In this document: piece by piece, positions 38,369-46,072 of the stretch
Position numbering within the stretch: position 1 is the stretch's first letter
Layout: the number at the start of each line of letters is the position of its first letter
Assembly: GCA_905182615.1 (NCBI GenBank)
Contig: CAJJCG010000034.1
Coordinates: forward strand, 1 to 64,000
Length of the DNA: 64,000 nt
Direction: 5' to 3'
Origin: Alphaproteobacteria bacterium UBA2964
GTDB taxonomy: Bacteria; Pseudomonadota; Alphaproteobacteria; MPNO01; UBA2964
Position numbers and translations under genes: made by a program
Notes under the pieces: model-generated
Told to the model about the DNA's origin: nothing
Seen by the model: the letters and a program-made list of their open reading frames with translations, nothing else
The model's database searches: none

Positions 38369-39406
38369 TTAGGCGGTCGCCTGATGGGCGGCGAGTTCGG
38401 TAAGCTGTTCTTTGGCCATCCCGGTCATCAGTCTTCTGACGCGGGTCAGTCCAACATCGTGGGCATTGAGCCCTTCAAAATCGCGGGCATTCGAGGACAT
38501 GTCTTCAAGCACGACGCGGTCCTGTTCTAGGACATCCCAGTGCAACCCTTCGAGCTGTGTCTTGTACATGAACTTCCAGACATCACGCTGCCAGCCTTCG
38601 ATTTTCCGGGTGCGCCAGAAATAAACTTGGCAATGCTCTTCATCGATTGGTGTTACATAGCCAACGATATAAAAGCTGCCGCCCGGACCGGCGTTTTTGC
38701 GGTAGGGAATAGAAAGCAGCATCCACATGCCGCCGGAAAACCCAATCTCTACCCAGTCGAAATTGACGTCGCGCTGGCCGACTTTCTCAAAAATCAGCCC
38801 GGCATTGGTGTCGCGAACTCGCATTTTGGCGGTCTTGTCGCCAAATGCCATTGAGTGGGATTGGGAGTGTAGATAGGCGCCATGCATGGGATCCATGACA
38901 TTATCGACCGCGTAGCGGTAATTACATTTCCAAGTCGCCGTACATAGCTGGTGACCAAATTCTTCGCCAGCCAATTGTTCAGGAAATTCCAGTTCCGGCG
39001 ATTCGGCATGGGCGTCATCGCCGAAATAGAGAAAGATCGCGTCATGTACTTCTTTGACACGGTAGGCGCGGGTGGTGTGTTGGCCCTCCATTGAACAGTT
39101 TTCAATGGCCGGGACACTTTCGACCTTGCCCTCACCGTTAACTTCGATGCCGTGATACCAGCAGGCGAGCCGGTCGCCGAGGTTCCAGCCCAGCGACAAA
39201 CGCGCACCGCGATGCGGGCAGCGATCTTCGATGGCGTGGACGGTGCCGTCCTTTTCGCGCCACAGCGCGATATTTTGCGATAGCCGGGTGATACCAAGCG
39301 GTTGGTTACTGAGCGCCCAGCTCGGCAGGACGGGGTACCACAAATTCAACAGACCGGTTTCGAAACGGGATTCTATTTCGTCTGGTGATATATCGTTGTC
39401 AGCCAT
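38369..39406 (-). CDS. Rieske [2Fe-2S] non-heme-iron oxygenase, alpha-subunit-only (KshA/phthalate-family-like)
   Basis: Rieske motif CPHRGARL...CWYHG and mononuclear iron motif DNVMDPMHGAYLH. The start is set at ATG 39406, which is preceded by AGGAGG; the track uses an upstream TTG. Confidence 0.9.
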   Translation of the reverse strand: MADNDISPDEIESRFETGLLNLWYPVLPSWALSNQPLGITRLSQNIALWREKDGTVHAIEDRCPHRGARLSLGWNLGDRLACWYHGIEVNGEGKVESVPAIENCSMEGQHTTRAYRVKEVHDAIFLYFGDDAHAESPELEFPEQLAGEEFGHQLCTATWKCNYRYAVDNVMDPMHGAYLHSQSHSMAFGDKTAKMRVRDTNAGLIFEKVGQRDVNFDWVEIGFSGGMWMLLSIPYRKNAGPGGSFYIVGYVTPIDEEHCQVYFWRTRKIEGWQRDVWKFMYKTQLEGLHWDVLEQDRVVLEDMSSNARDFEGLNAHDVGLTRVRRLMTGMAKEQLTELAAHQATA

Positions 39407-39420
39407 GCGTCCCTCCTGGA

Positions 39421-39711
39421 TCAAGTTCCCAGTTTTTTCATTTCGGTTTGAAAACTGTCTTCGGTCCAGTCTGACCCGTCCGGGGATTTGACATTGCGCT
39501 TGTTAAGCTCGGCAACAATGTCTGAGAGCTCTTCCACTCCGGCACCAAATATCCCGGTAAGCGCTTCACACAGTGAGAGCTCAAACTCGGTGGGGGGTGC
39601 GGGTCGGGTCTGCCACGGAACATTGACGATGGCGGACGGGTCTTCGATACGACCCCGCCCGGTATCGGAGTTCAGTGGTGCGCCGTCTTTTAGTTGGGGG
39701 TTATGATCCAT
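39421..39711 (-). CDS. Small hypothetical protein (96 aa) leading the Rieske operon; C-terminus resembles a recombinase-type HTH segment
   Basis: MDHNPQLKDG...ELSDIVAELNKRNVKSPDGSDWTEDSFQTEMKKLGT. Its stop lies 15 nt before the oxygenase start. The family resemblance (LN..G...P.G..WT) comes from memory only. Confidence 0.5.
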   Translation of the reverse strand: MDHNPQLKDGAPLNSDTGRGRIEDPSAIVNVPWQTRPAPPTEFELSLCEALTGIFGAGVEELSDIVAELNKRNVKSPDGSDWTEDSFQTEMKKLGT

Positions 39712-39747
39712 CTTCTTTTCCCGTCGTTTACGTATTACCGCCAAATT

Positions 39748-39771
39748 CGTTGTTTCATATATAAAACAACG
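39748..39771. promoter_or_regulatory. Perfect palindrome CGTTGTTT-N8-AAACAACG; candidate operator (IclR?) for the Rieske operon
   Basis: The 8-bp arms lie at 39748-39755 and 39764-39771 with AT-only-rich spacer CATATATA, 37-60 bp upstream of the first ORF of the operon. Confidence 0.4.
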
Positions 39772-39871
39772 TTTTATTTGTGAAATATCACATCATGAGG
39801 ACCGGAGAGAGTCAACGAAGATTTTTATAAATTTTGGGCCCATAACGCCGCTTCAACAGCCCGCTGACGAA

Positions 39872-40204
39872 TCAGGCCCGGGAGTTTGCGGCCACCGGCA
39901 AAGACACAGCGATTGAACTGGTTGGGTACATCTTCCCACTCATCGCCATTAACGCGTTTAAGGAGGGTTGAGCTTTGCAGTGAACCAGCACCAGGATGTC
40001 TTTTTCGAAGCTGCTTTCGATAGGATTGATGATCGCCTGATCAATTAGCGCATGAAACGCGCCAAGCCCGGTGACGGTCGCAATGGTCACGAACTTGGTT
40101 GAGCCGTTAAACGGCTTGTGCAAATTCTCCCGCACATACTGGGTTTTTTCGGCAACAGATTTGATCGCCTCCCGCATTTCTTCGCGGCTATTCTGTTTAC
40201 TCAC
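39872..40204 (-). CDS. Hypothetical protein (110 aa)
   Basis: The GTG start overlaps the upstream stop (GTGA). I recognise no family. Confidence 0.4.
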   Translation of the reverse strand: MSKQNSREEMREAIKSVAEKTQYVRENLHKPFNGSTKFVTIATVTGLGAFHALIDQAIINPIESSFEKDILVLVHCKAQPSLNALMAMSGKMYPTSSIAVSLPVAANSRA

Positions 40205-40452
40205 AGGCTGGTTCCCTTTGGTTTACGGGGTTTCAGTTTAAGTCGCTGCCAGTTCTCGCCGGCCCCGGCGATGCAGGACGGCCCAGCTGGTAGAGTGAGG
40301 ACCAGTGTCCAGCTTCCTTTGGCGGAGGTGAACAGTTGCATCACGGCATTGCCATTGGTGACACCCAGCTCGGTGGGCCGCTCATTGTGCTGGTCGAATA
40401 GAAACTGGCGAAGCTCGGCCAGCGTTCCGGTGCATTGCGTAAATTGCTGCAT
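40201..40452 (-). CDS. Hypothetical small protein (83 aa)
   Basis: The pattern C..L..L...........G...N.V..LF.S..GSWT......G..C..A.G..W resembles small secreted proteins I recall from Rhizobiales. No signal peptide is present here, and an in-frame stop lies 10 codons upstream. Confidence 0.4.
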   Translation of the reverse strand: MQQFTQCTGTLAELRQFLFDQHNERPTELGVTNGNAVMQLFTSAKGSWTLVLTLPAGPSCIAGAGENWQRLKLKPRKPKGTSL

Positions 40453-40564
40453 CGGAATGGATGCGGGTGGATGGCCAAGCGCTCATCCGAATGAGATGGC
40501 GAGTTCAGTCAGCACGGTTTAATATCTCCGTTTTCTGCCATTGGTTCTGTTGGAAAAGCGCATA

Positions 40565-40590
40565 CGAAAAACCCCGCGCGCGGCGGGGTT
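40565..40590 (-). terminator. Rho-independent terminator after the VanA-like oxygenase gene
   Basis: On the minus strand, ACCCCGC / GCGGGGT stems (plus 40571-40577 and 40583-40589) enclose a 5-nt loop and are followed by TTTTT (plus A-run 40566-40570). Confidence 0.7.
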
Positions 40591-40715
40591 GGTCAGGCTT
40601 GTCGGTGAATAGATTTAGCGCAGCGGTGATTGCTACGATGTTAGAAGTCTAGCAGATGAAACAGCGTTTAGTCAATGACAAAGGAAAGTGTTCCTATTTT
40701 ATTAACGTTAAAAAA

Positions 40716-41762
40716 TTAGCTCGCGGCGTTCTCTGCCGCGATCAGATCGTCCATGATACGGCGCATCTGTAGCGGTGGGTTGTCGGCGTTGATATCAATT
40801 AGCCCGTCAAACCCAATGCCGCCTAGCCGTTGCTGTTGAGCTTCGATTATCACGACATCCTCCTCGAAGGTGGCCTTGGCGCCATCATGCAGAATGTCGG
40901 TCATCTTGTCATCTTCGAGCGCGAAGTCTCGAACATAGGCCCAATGATAATGCGTTGAGGTATCGGTCTCCGGTGTAATCATATGGGTCGACCAGATCGA
41001 GATGCCCTGCGTGCGATCACCATCTACCGCACCGGTATCCGCCTTGGCACAACCGACATCGAATGCCAGCGTTGAAGGCGCGAGCCAGGTAGTGGTTTGC
41101 CAGCGATCGACCTTACCGTCGAAGCCACCTGCCTTGGCAAAAAGGGGTGGCGCATCATGGCCAAGAATCCAACGCGATACGGCAACCGACCGATCATCGC
41201 GCTCGACCTTTACCGGTACCTTGGCTTCCTCGGGGTCGGCCGACAGAGTGTTTTTGTGCAAATAAGTCACGTGGGTGAAGTCGAGCAGGTTATCGACCAG
41301 CAGCTGATAATTGCCCTGCATCGGGATATAGCCGGTGGCCGATGTCCAGCCCGCGTCGTCGAGCCAAAAATAGTCCGGGATGGTGCTCTCATCGACCTGC
41401 GCCGGGTCACCCAGCCAGATCCACACCATGTTCCAGCGTTCAACGACGGGATAGGCGCGGACCTTTGCCCCTGGCGGAATTTGGGCCTGGCCGGGAACTT
41501 CAATACAGGCGCCAGTGGCATCAAATTTAAGTCCGTGATAGCCGCACCGAATGCCGTCATCCTCGCATTCGCCGACTGACAAAGGCGCGGCACGGTGACA
41601 GCATTTGTCTTCAAGCGCGACTGGTGTGCTGTCCCTGGTGCGGAACAAAACCACAGGCTCATTGAGAAATGTTTTGGCGATCGGTGTCGCGGCGGGCAGC
41701 TCATGCGCCCATATCGCGGCGTACCAGGCATTCTTTAAAAACTTGGCTTTTGTTTCAGCCAT
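40716..41762 (-). CDS. Rieske [2Fe-2S] oxygenase, VanA-like (aromatic O-demethylase/hydroxylase class IA oxygenase component)
   Basis: Rieske motif CCHRAAPLS...CGYHG followed by a VanA-type catalytic domain (NLLDFTHVTYLH). 348 aa. Confidence 0.9.
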   Translation of the reverse strand: MAETKAKFLKNAWYAAIWAHELPAATPIAKTFLNEPVVLFRTRDSTPVALEDKCCHRAAPLSVGECEDDGIRCGYHGLKFDATGACIEVPGQAQIPPGAKVRAYPVVERWNMVWIWLGDPAQVDESTIPDYFWLDDAGWTSATGYIPMQGNYQLLVDNLLDFTHVTYLHKNTLSADPEEAKVPVKVERDDRSVAVSRWILGHDAPPLFAKAGGFDGKVDRWQTTTWLAPSTLAFDVGCAKADTGAVDGDRTQGISIWSTHMITPETDTSTHYHWAYVRDFALEDDKMTDILHDGAKATFEEDVVIIEAQQQRLGGIGFDGLIDINADNPPLQMRRIMDDLIAAENAAS

Positions 41763-41889
41763 GACGTCATTCCTTGCAGGCTTGTCTTGCTATCTAGAAG
41801 GATAGCGGCAATCACCAAATTTGTTCAAGTCTGGTGAGGCTAGGGCGGCCTTTTGTTGCGCTTCCTGTGATGGTGTAGGCTGACACACC

Positions 41890-43233
41890 ATGTCTGATGC
41901 AACTAGCCCCTCTTCCCCGAACCCTGCCCCCGCGCTTATTCCGTGGCGGGTGCAGTTACCGGTCTATGGGGCGGCGATGTTCTCAAACAGTTCGTTACAT
42001 CTCTATAACGTCGTGGTGCCGCTTTGGACAGCTACGCTTACCAGGGACCCGCTGATCATCGGCATCGTCCTGGGCGCACGCCATATTCTGCCAATGCTGT
42101 TGCTGATCCATGGCGGAGCGATGATGGACCGCTTTGGCACAAGGCGCGTGATGATGATCTTCGCCAGTGCGGCGGTGGTTATCCCGATGCTGTACCCCGC
42201 GGCGCCCCTGATCCCGATGCTGATCCTATTTCAAATGTTTGGCGGGTTAGCGGTGATGACGACCTGGATTGGCGCCCAATCGTTGACGGGCAGTTTGATG
42301 CGTGGGCAACCGATTTATACTGGGCGTCTGACGCTGGCGACGCGTATTGGCACCATCTTTGGCCCGCCAACCGTTGGCGTTATCTGGGATGTCGTCGGGG
42401 CGTGGTGGGCGTTTTCATTCCTCAGTCTGTGGGCGGTTCTGACAATTGTTTCGACATTCTTTGTGCCGGAAACGGCGAAGCCAAAAGTGGCGGCAGATGC
42501 TCCTCCCAAAACCGCGACGACAATTCGCGATATCATGCCAAAGCTAAGCGATTATCTGGATGCTTTCCGGCTCGTCGCTATCCCGGCGATAGGGTTGGTC
42601 TTTATGGTAACGATTCTGCGCCATTCCGGCGTTGCCATGCAGTCCAATTTTTATGTCATTTATCTCGATGGCATCGGGATATCGGGCACTATGATCGGTA
42701 TTCTGTTTTCGGTGCTCGGTGCTGTTGGTGGGGTCGGCGCGATCAGCACTGGCTGGCTGGCGACAAAGTTCTCCAATCGGCGAATTCTCCTGTCCTCTAT
42801 TGCGCTGGGTGTCTTCATGATGACCATTACGCCGATTATCGGCTGGACCGGTTTCACGATGGATGTCGCGCCGGTCGCCGCGATTTTTGATTTGCTTGGG
42901 TTGGATATTGATCTTGCCCCGGTCGCTGGTGTGCTGGGGCTTTATTTCTTATTCGTGATTGCAATCGCGATTCGAGGCGCGACCTCGGGTGTGGCGCAGG
43001 CGATGGAAATATCCATCATCGCCCAGGCGGCTGGTGCGGCACAGGGCAAAGGGGCGGCGTTGCGGGTAACGGCCGGCCGGTTGGCGGCGGTGTTCCTGCC
43101 GATCCTGATGGGAGCGATTGCGAAGGTCTTCGGCTTGGAGGTGTCATTCTTTATTGTCGGTGGCGGGATTCTTGCGGTTCTCGGCTGGCTCGCGATCCGG
43201 GACTCCGGCGCACAAGAAAAACCGAACGCTTAA
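41890..43233 (+). CDS. MFS transporter
   Basis: 447 aa with about 12 TM helices and the MFS loop motif GGAMMDRFGTRRV. It is divergent from the VanA-like gene. Confidence 0.87.
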   Translation: MSDATSPSSPNPAPALIPWRVQLPVYGAAMFSNSSLHLYNVVVPLWTATLTRDPLIIGIVLGARHILPMLLLIHGGAMMDRFGTRRVMMIFASAAVVIPMLYPAAPLIPMLILFQMFGGLAVMTTWIGAQSLTGSLMRGQPIYTGRLTLATRIGTIFGPPTVGVIWDVVGAWWAFSFLSLWAVLTIVSTFFVPETAKPKVAADAPPKTATTIRDIMPKLSDYLDAFRLVAIPAIGLVFMVTILRHSGVAMQSNFYVIYLDGIGISGTMIGILFSVLGAVGGVGAISTGWLATKFSNRRILLSSIALGVFMMTITPIIGWTGFTMDVAPVAAIFDLLGLDIDLAPVAGVLGLYFLFVIAIAIRGATSGVAQAMEISIIAQAAGAAQGKGAALRVTAGRLAAVFLPILMGAIAKVFGLEVSFFIVGGGILAVLGWLAIRDSGAQEKPNA

Positions 43234-43859
43234 TTTAGGTATGTGCGTGGTAGCCAGAGTGCGATATCGGATAACGCCATTACCAGCGCTAATGCGATGA
43301 GCTGTAACCCCACAAACGGCATACTGCCGCGCCAGATTTCCTGCATCGAAACGACAGATGACGCTGCTCCTTTAACATAAAACAGCGTGAACCCGAAGGG
43401 TGGGGTCAGAAAGCTGGTTTGTAAATTGATCGCCATGAGGATGGCCAACCAATATAGAACTTCAGCCTTGGAAACATGGCCGTCGAAGTCGAGTAGCTCG
43501 ACGATGGGGACGAAGATCCGCAAAACGATGAGTGTGATCTCGATCCAGTCAAAGGAAAACCCCAACAGAAAGATCTCGGCCATCAATGCCGCGAGTATGC
43601 CCCAGGTACCGTGCCCGCTGGATTCCGCTAACCCGGTGATAACGCTGTTGCCACCAAAGGGTCGCAACACGAGAGAAAACGCGGTCGCGCCGATAAAGAT
43701 ACCAAACAGCATGCCGTCGGTAAGTACGGCACGCCCCAGGGAGTCCCGGACTACGCTGAAATAGGACACCGGTATGGAGGAAATGGCTTGCTGTTTTTGG
43801 GCGAGGCTCGGCATAAAGAACGCCAGCAGTAGTGCGCTGAAGGCGCCAACCCCTGCCGT
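43230..43859 (-). pseudogene. C-terminal fragment of a TRAP DctM large permease
   Basis: Only about 200 C-terminal residues remain (…LAILMAINLQTSFLTPPFGFTLFYVKGAA…FPxIALWLP-like end). The frame begins right at the stop codon of the upstream isochorismatase gene, and no N-terminal half is present. Confidence 0.8.
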
Positions 43860-44555
43860 CTATTCGTTGGGTCGGTTCTTTAGCACAGCGATAACTTCAT
43901 CAGCCGTCATGACATCACCGAATTGTTGGATCATGTTTTCCAGTGCCGCGCGATGCTCGTCGTCAGATAATGCTGCACAACAATCTTCGACCATGACAAC
44001 CTGATGGTCTAACTGCATGGCATCCCGACCGGTGCTTTCGCAACAAATATTGGTTTTGGTGCCTGCGATTAGTACGTTTTGTATAGCGTGGCTGGAAAGC
44101 GCGCTTTGCAGCATCGAGGCGCCGGGCGTTAGAGCTGAATAGCGGTTTTTGCGAATATGGAGATCGCCTTCCTGCGGGATTAGGTCGCGCCAGATTTGTT
44201 CCCCGTGGCCGCCCGGTGACAGATATTCCTGTCGGTCGCGCCGGACATCTTCGGTGACGAAATTCTGGAGGAACGTCTCCCAATCGCTGCGGCCATTGGA
44301 GAAACTGGTGGCGCTGGTGACCCAGACAACAAGGCCGCCAAGATCGCGCATCTCAGCACACAGGCGGGTAATGTTGTCACATAGGCCACGCGAGGCGGCA
44401 ACCTCCGCTGGCGCACCTGGTTCGCAAAACATGTTCTGCATATCAATGACCAGAAGTGCGGTCCGTCGGGGGTCGAGTGCCTCAAACAAATGATGGCGCC
44501 CGCGTCGGGCCAATACCCGGTCGATGATTTCTTGTCTTACTGTTACATTGTGCAT
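43860..44555 (-). CDS. Isochorismatase-family cysteine hydrolase
   Basis: 231 aa with the pattern TALLVIDMQN...(K)...NVLIAGTKTNICCESTGRDA, which carries the catalytic Cys. Confidence 0.88.
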   Translation of the reverse strand: MHNVTVRQEIIDRVLARRGRHHLFEALDPRRTALLVIDMQNMFCEPGAPAEVAASRGLCDNITRLCAEMRDLGGLVVWVTSATSFSNGRSDWETFLQNFVTEDVRRDRQEYLSPGGHGEQIWRDLIPQEGDLHIRKNRYSALTPGASMLQSALSSHAIQNVLIAGTKTNICCESTGRDAMQLDHQVVMVEDCCAALSDDEHRAALENMIQQFGDVMTADEVIAVLKNRPNE

Positions 44556-44634
44556 CCGCTGACCCGCATAGTTTTTCTATATGTCCTACCTTATAGTTTA
44601 CAGGACGCGCCACGATCACAGAAGGAGTGTTGTC

Positions 44635-45042
44635 ATGCCTGATGCTGTTGCCGCTACTGGACCGCATACCCCAAATTTTAACGACAGTGCAATGAAACCA
44701 TCGAGCACCCGCTATCTCGACGTCGATGGCCTGCCCTGGATGGACACATTTTATGACGGGATTAAAATGAAGATCCTGTTCAAGGATGAGCAGCGCGGTG
44801 TGATGACGGCTTTATTTCGCTGGCAGCCTGGCGCGAAACTCCCGATGCATGAGCATACTGATGTTGAACAGAGTTATGTTCTCGAAGGCAGCCTGTGCGA
44901 CTTCGAAGGGGAATGCAAAGCCGGAGACTATGCCTGGCGCCCGGCCGGCAGCAAACATGATGCCTGGTCGCCCAAGGGCTGTCTTTTGCTGGCGATTCTT
45001 CTCGAGCCCAACAAGTTTCTTGAGGGCCCTGAGGCATCTTAA
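44635..45042 (+). CDS. Cupin-domain protein (ChrR-like cupin)
   Basis: Pattern W.PGAKLPMHEHTDVEQSYVLEGSL.D. ATG 44635 is preceded by GAAGGAG. Confidence 0.7.
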   Translation: MPDAVAATGPHTPNFNDSAMKPSSTRYLDVDGLPWMDTFYDGIKMKILFKDEQRGVMTALFRWQPGAKLPMHEHTDVEQSYVLEGSLCDFEGECKAGDYAWRPAGSKHDAWSPKGCLLLAILLEPNKFLEGPEAS

Positions 45043-45044
45043 AA

Positions 45045-46016
45045 CTACGTCACCGGCACGAATAACTCTTCGATCGGAACTGGCTCAGCGATCAAATACT
45101 GTTCGTGCAGGTGTTGTACCAGTGTTTCTAGCGTTGACCGGTTGGCTTCGAGTCCGTAGGGCCATGGATCGCCATCAAAGATCTCGTCTACCTCATCCAT
45201 ATCGGCAAACATAAAAGGCAGCATGCAGTGCTGTGCTGCCGAGATACGAAGTTTGTCGAGCGCCCAGTTTTTTGAGGCATCGAAAGCGTCATAAAGACTT
45301 TTGGCGATCCACGGATTTGCCTCATAGACGTCCTGGTGGATAGCAATCACATGCATGATGGGATGAATCTTTGTACGTTCGTAAAACGCCCGCTCTATCG
45401 CTCGGTACTCCGGAAACAGCCGGACAACATCGGGATGCTTGCCCATTGCTGCGGGGCGCCGTGATCCCAGTATGGCATCAATTTCACCATCGGCGAGTAG
45501 ATCGCTCATTGATTTTCCGGAACTGTTGGGTTCCAGGGTCGGCGGCACTGATGGCGATGTAGTTTCAATCTTGGCGTGCTCACCGGCCTGCTCAACCGAC
45601 CCTTCAACCCAGCGCACTGTTGACCAGTTGACATCATAGTCATGCTGTAGGTGACCACGGATCCAGACGGCGGCGGTCTGTGAATGTTGTGGCACACCGA
45701 TGCGTTTGCCTTCGAGGTCCTTGGGTGAGGTGATCCCCGCATGCTTGTTGATGTAGATAAAGCCGTGACGGAAGGCCTTGGACGGAAAGACGGGAATACC
45801 GACAAACGGAAAATTGCCGCGTAACGAGCGGGTAATAAACTCAGAGCTGGAAAATTCCGACACATCGAATAATCCACCGCCGAGCATGCCGTCGAAAATT
45901 CGGCGTGGGGCATTGATCTCATTGAATTCGAGCTCAATGCCTTCCGGTTGGACGATCCCGTATTGCAGCGCGTCGAGCCGGTCATAACCGCCAGCGGCAA
46001 AGCGAAGTTTTAACAT
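45045..46016 (-). CDS. 4,5-dihydroxyphthalate decarboxylase-like protein (PBP/NMT1-like fold)
   Basis: 323 aa. The N-terminus MLKLRFAAGGYDRLDALQYGIVQPEGIELEF..I...RIFDGML....FDVSEFS matches my recollection of the PhtD/Pht5 family. No signal peptide. Confidence 0.65.
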   Translation of the reverse strand: MLKLRFAAGGYDRLDALQYGIVQPEGIELEFNEINAPRRIFDGMLGGGLFDVSEFSSSEFITRSLRGNFPFVGIPVFPSKAFRHGFIYINKHAGITSPKDLEGKRIGVPQHSQTAAVWIRGHLQHDYDVNWSTVRWVEGSVEQAGEHAKIETTSPSVPPTLEPNSSGKSMSDLLADGEIDAILGSRRPAAMGKHPDVVRLFPEYRAIERAFYERTKIHPIMHVIAIHQDVYEANPWIAKSLYDAFDASKNWALDKLRISAAQHCMLPFMFADMDEVDEIFDGDPWPYGLEANRSTLETLVQHLHEQYLIAEPVPIEELFVPVT

Positions 46017-46072
46017 TTATAGAGCTCCTAATTCGTGCGACCGGGGTTGGTTGTCCCATCTTCTCCGATAGT

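Noticed and set aside
42024-42890. Long alternative-frame or antisense ORFs inside confidently called genes: 42024-42890, 26581-27291, 34827-35486, 24870-25472, 56385-56999, 1697-2203, 5715-6179, 41097-41579, 62259-62771, among others.
   Set aside because: Each lies entirely within a gene that has strong family motifs. Their translations are low-complexity (Arg/Ser/Pro/Cys-rich), which is typical of shadow frames in GC-rich coding DNA.
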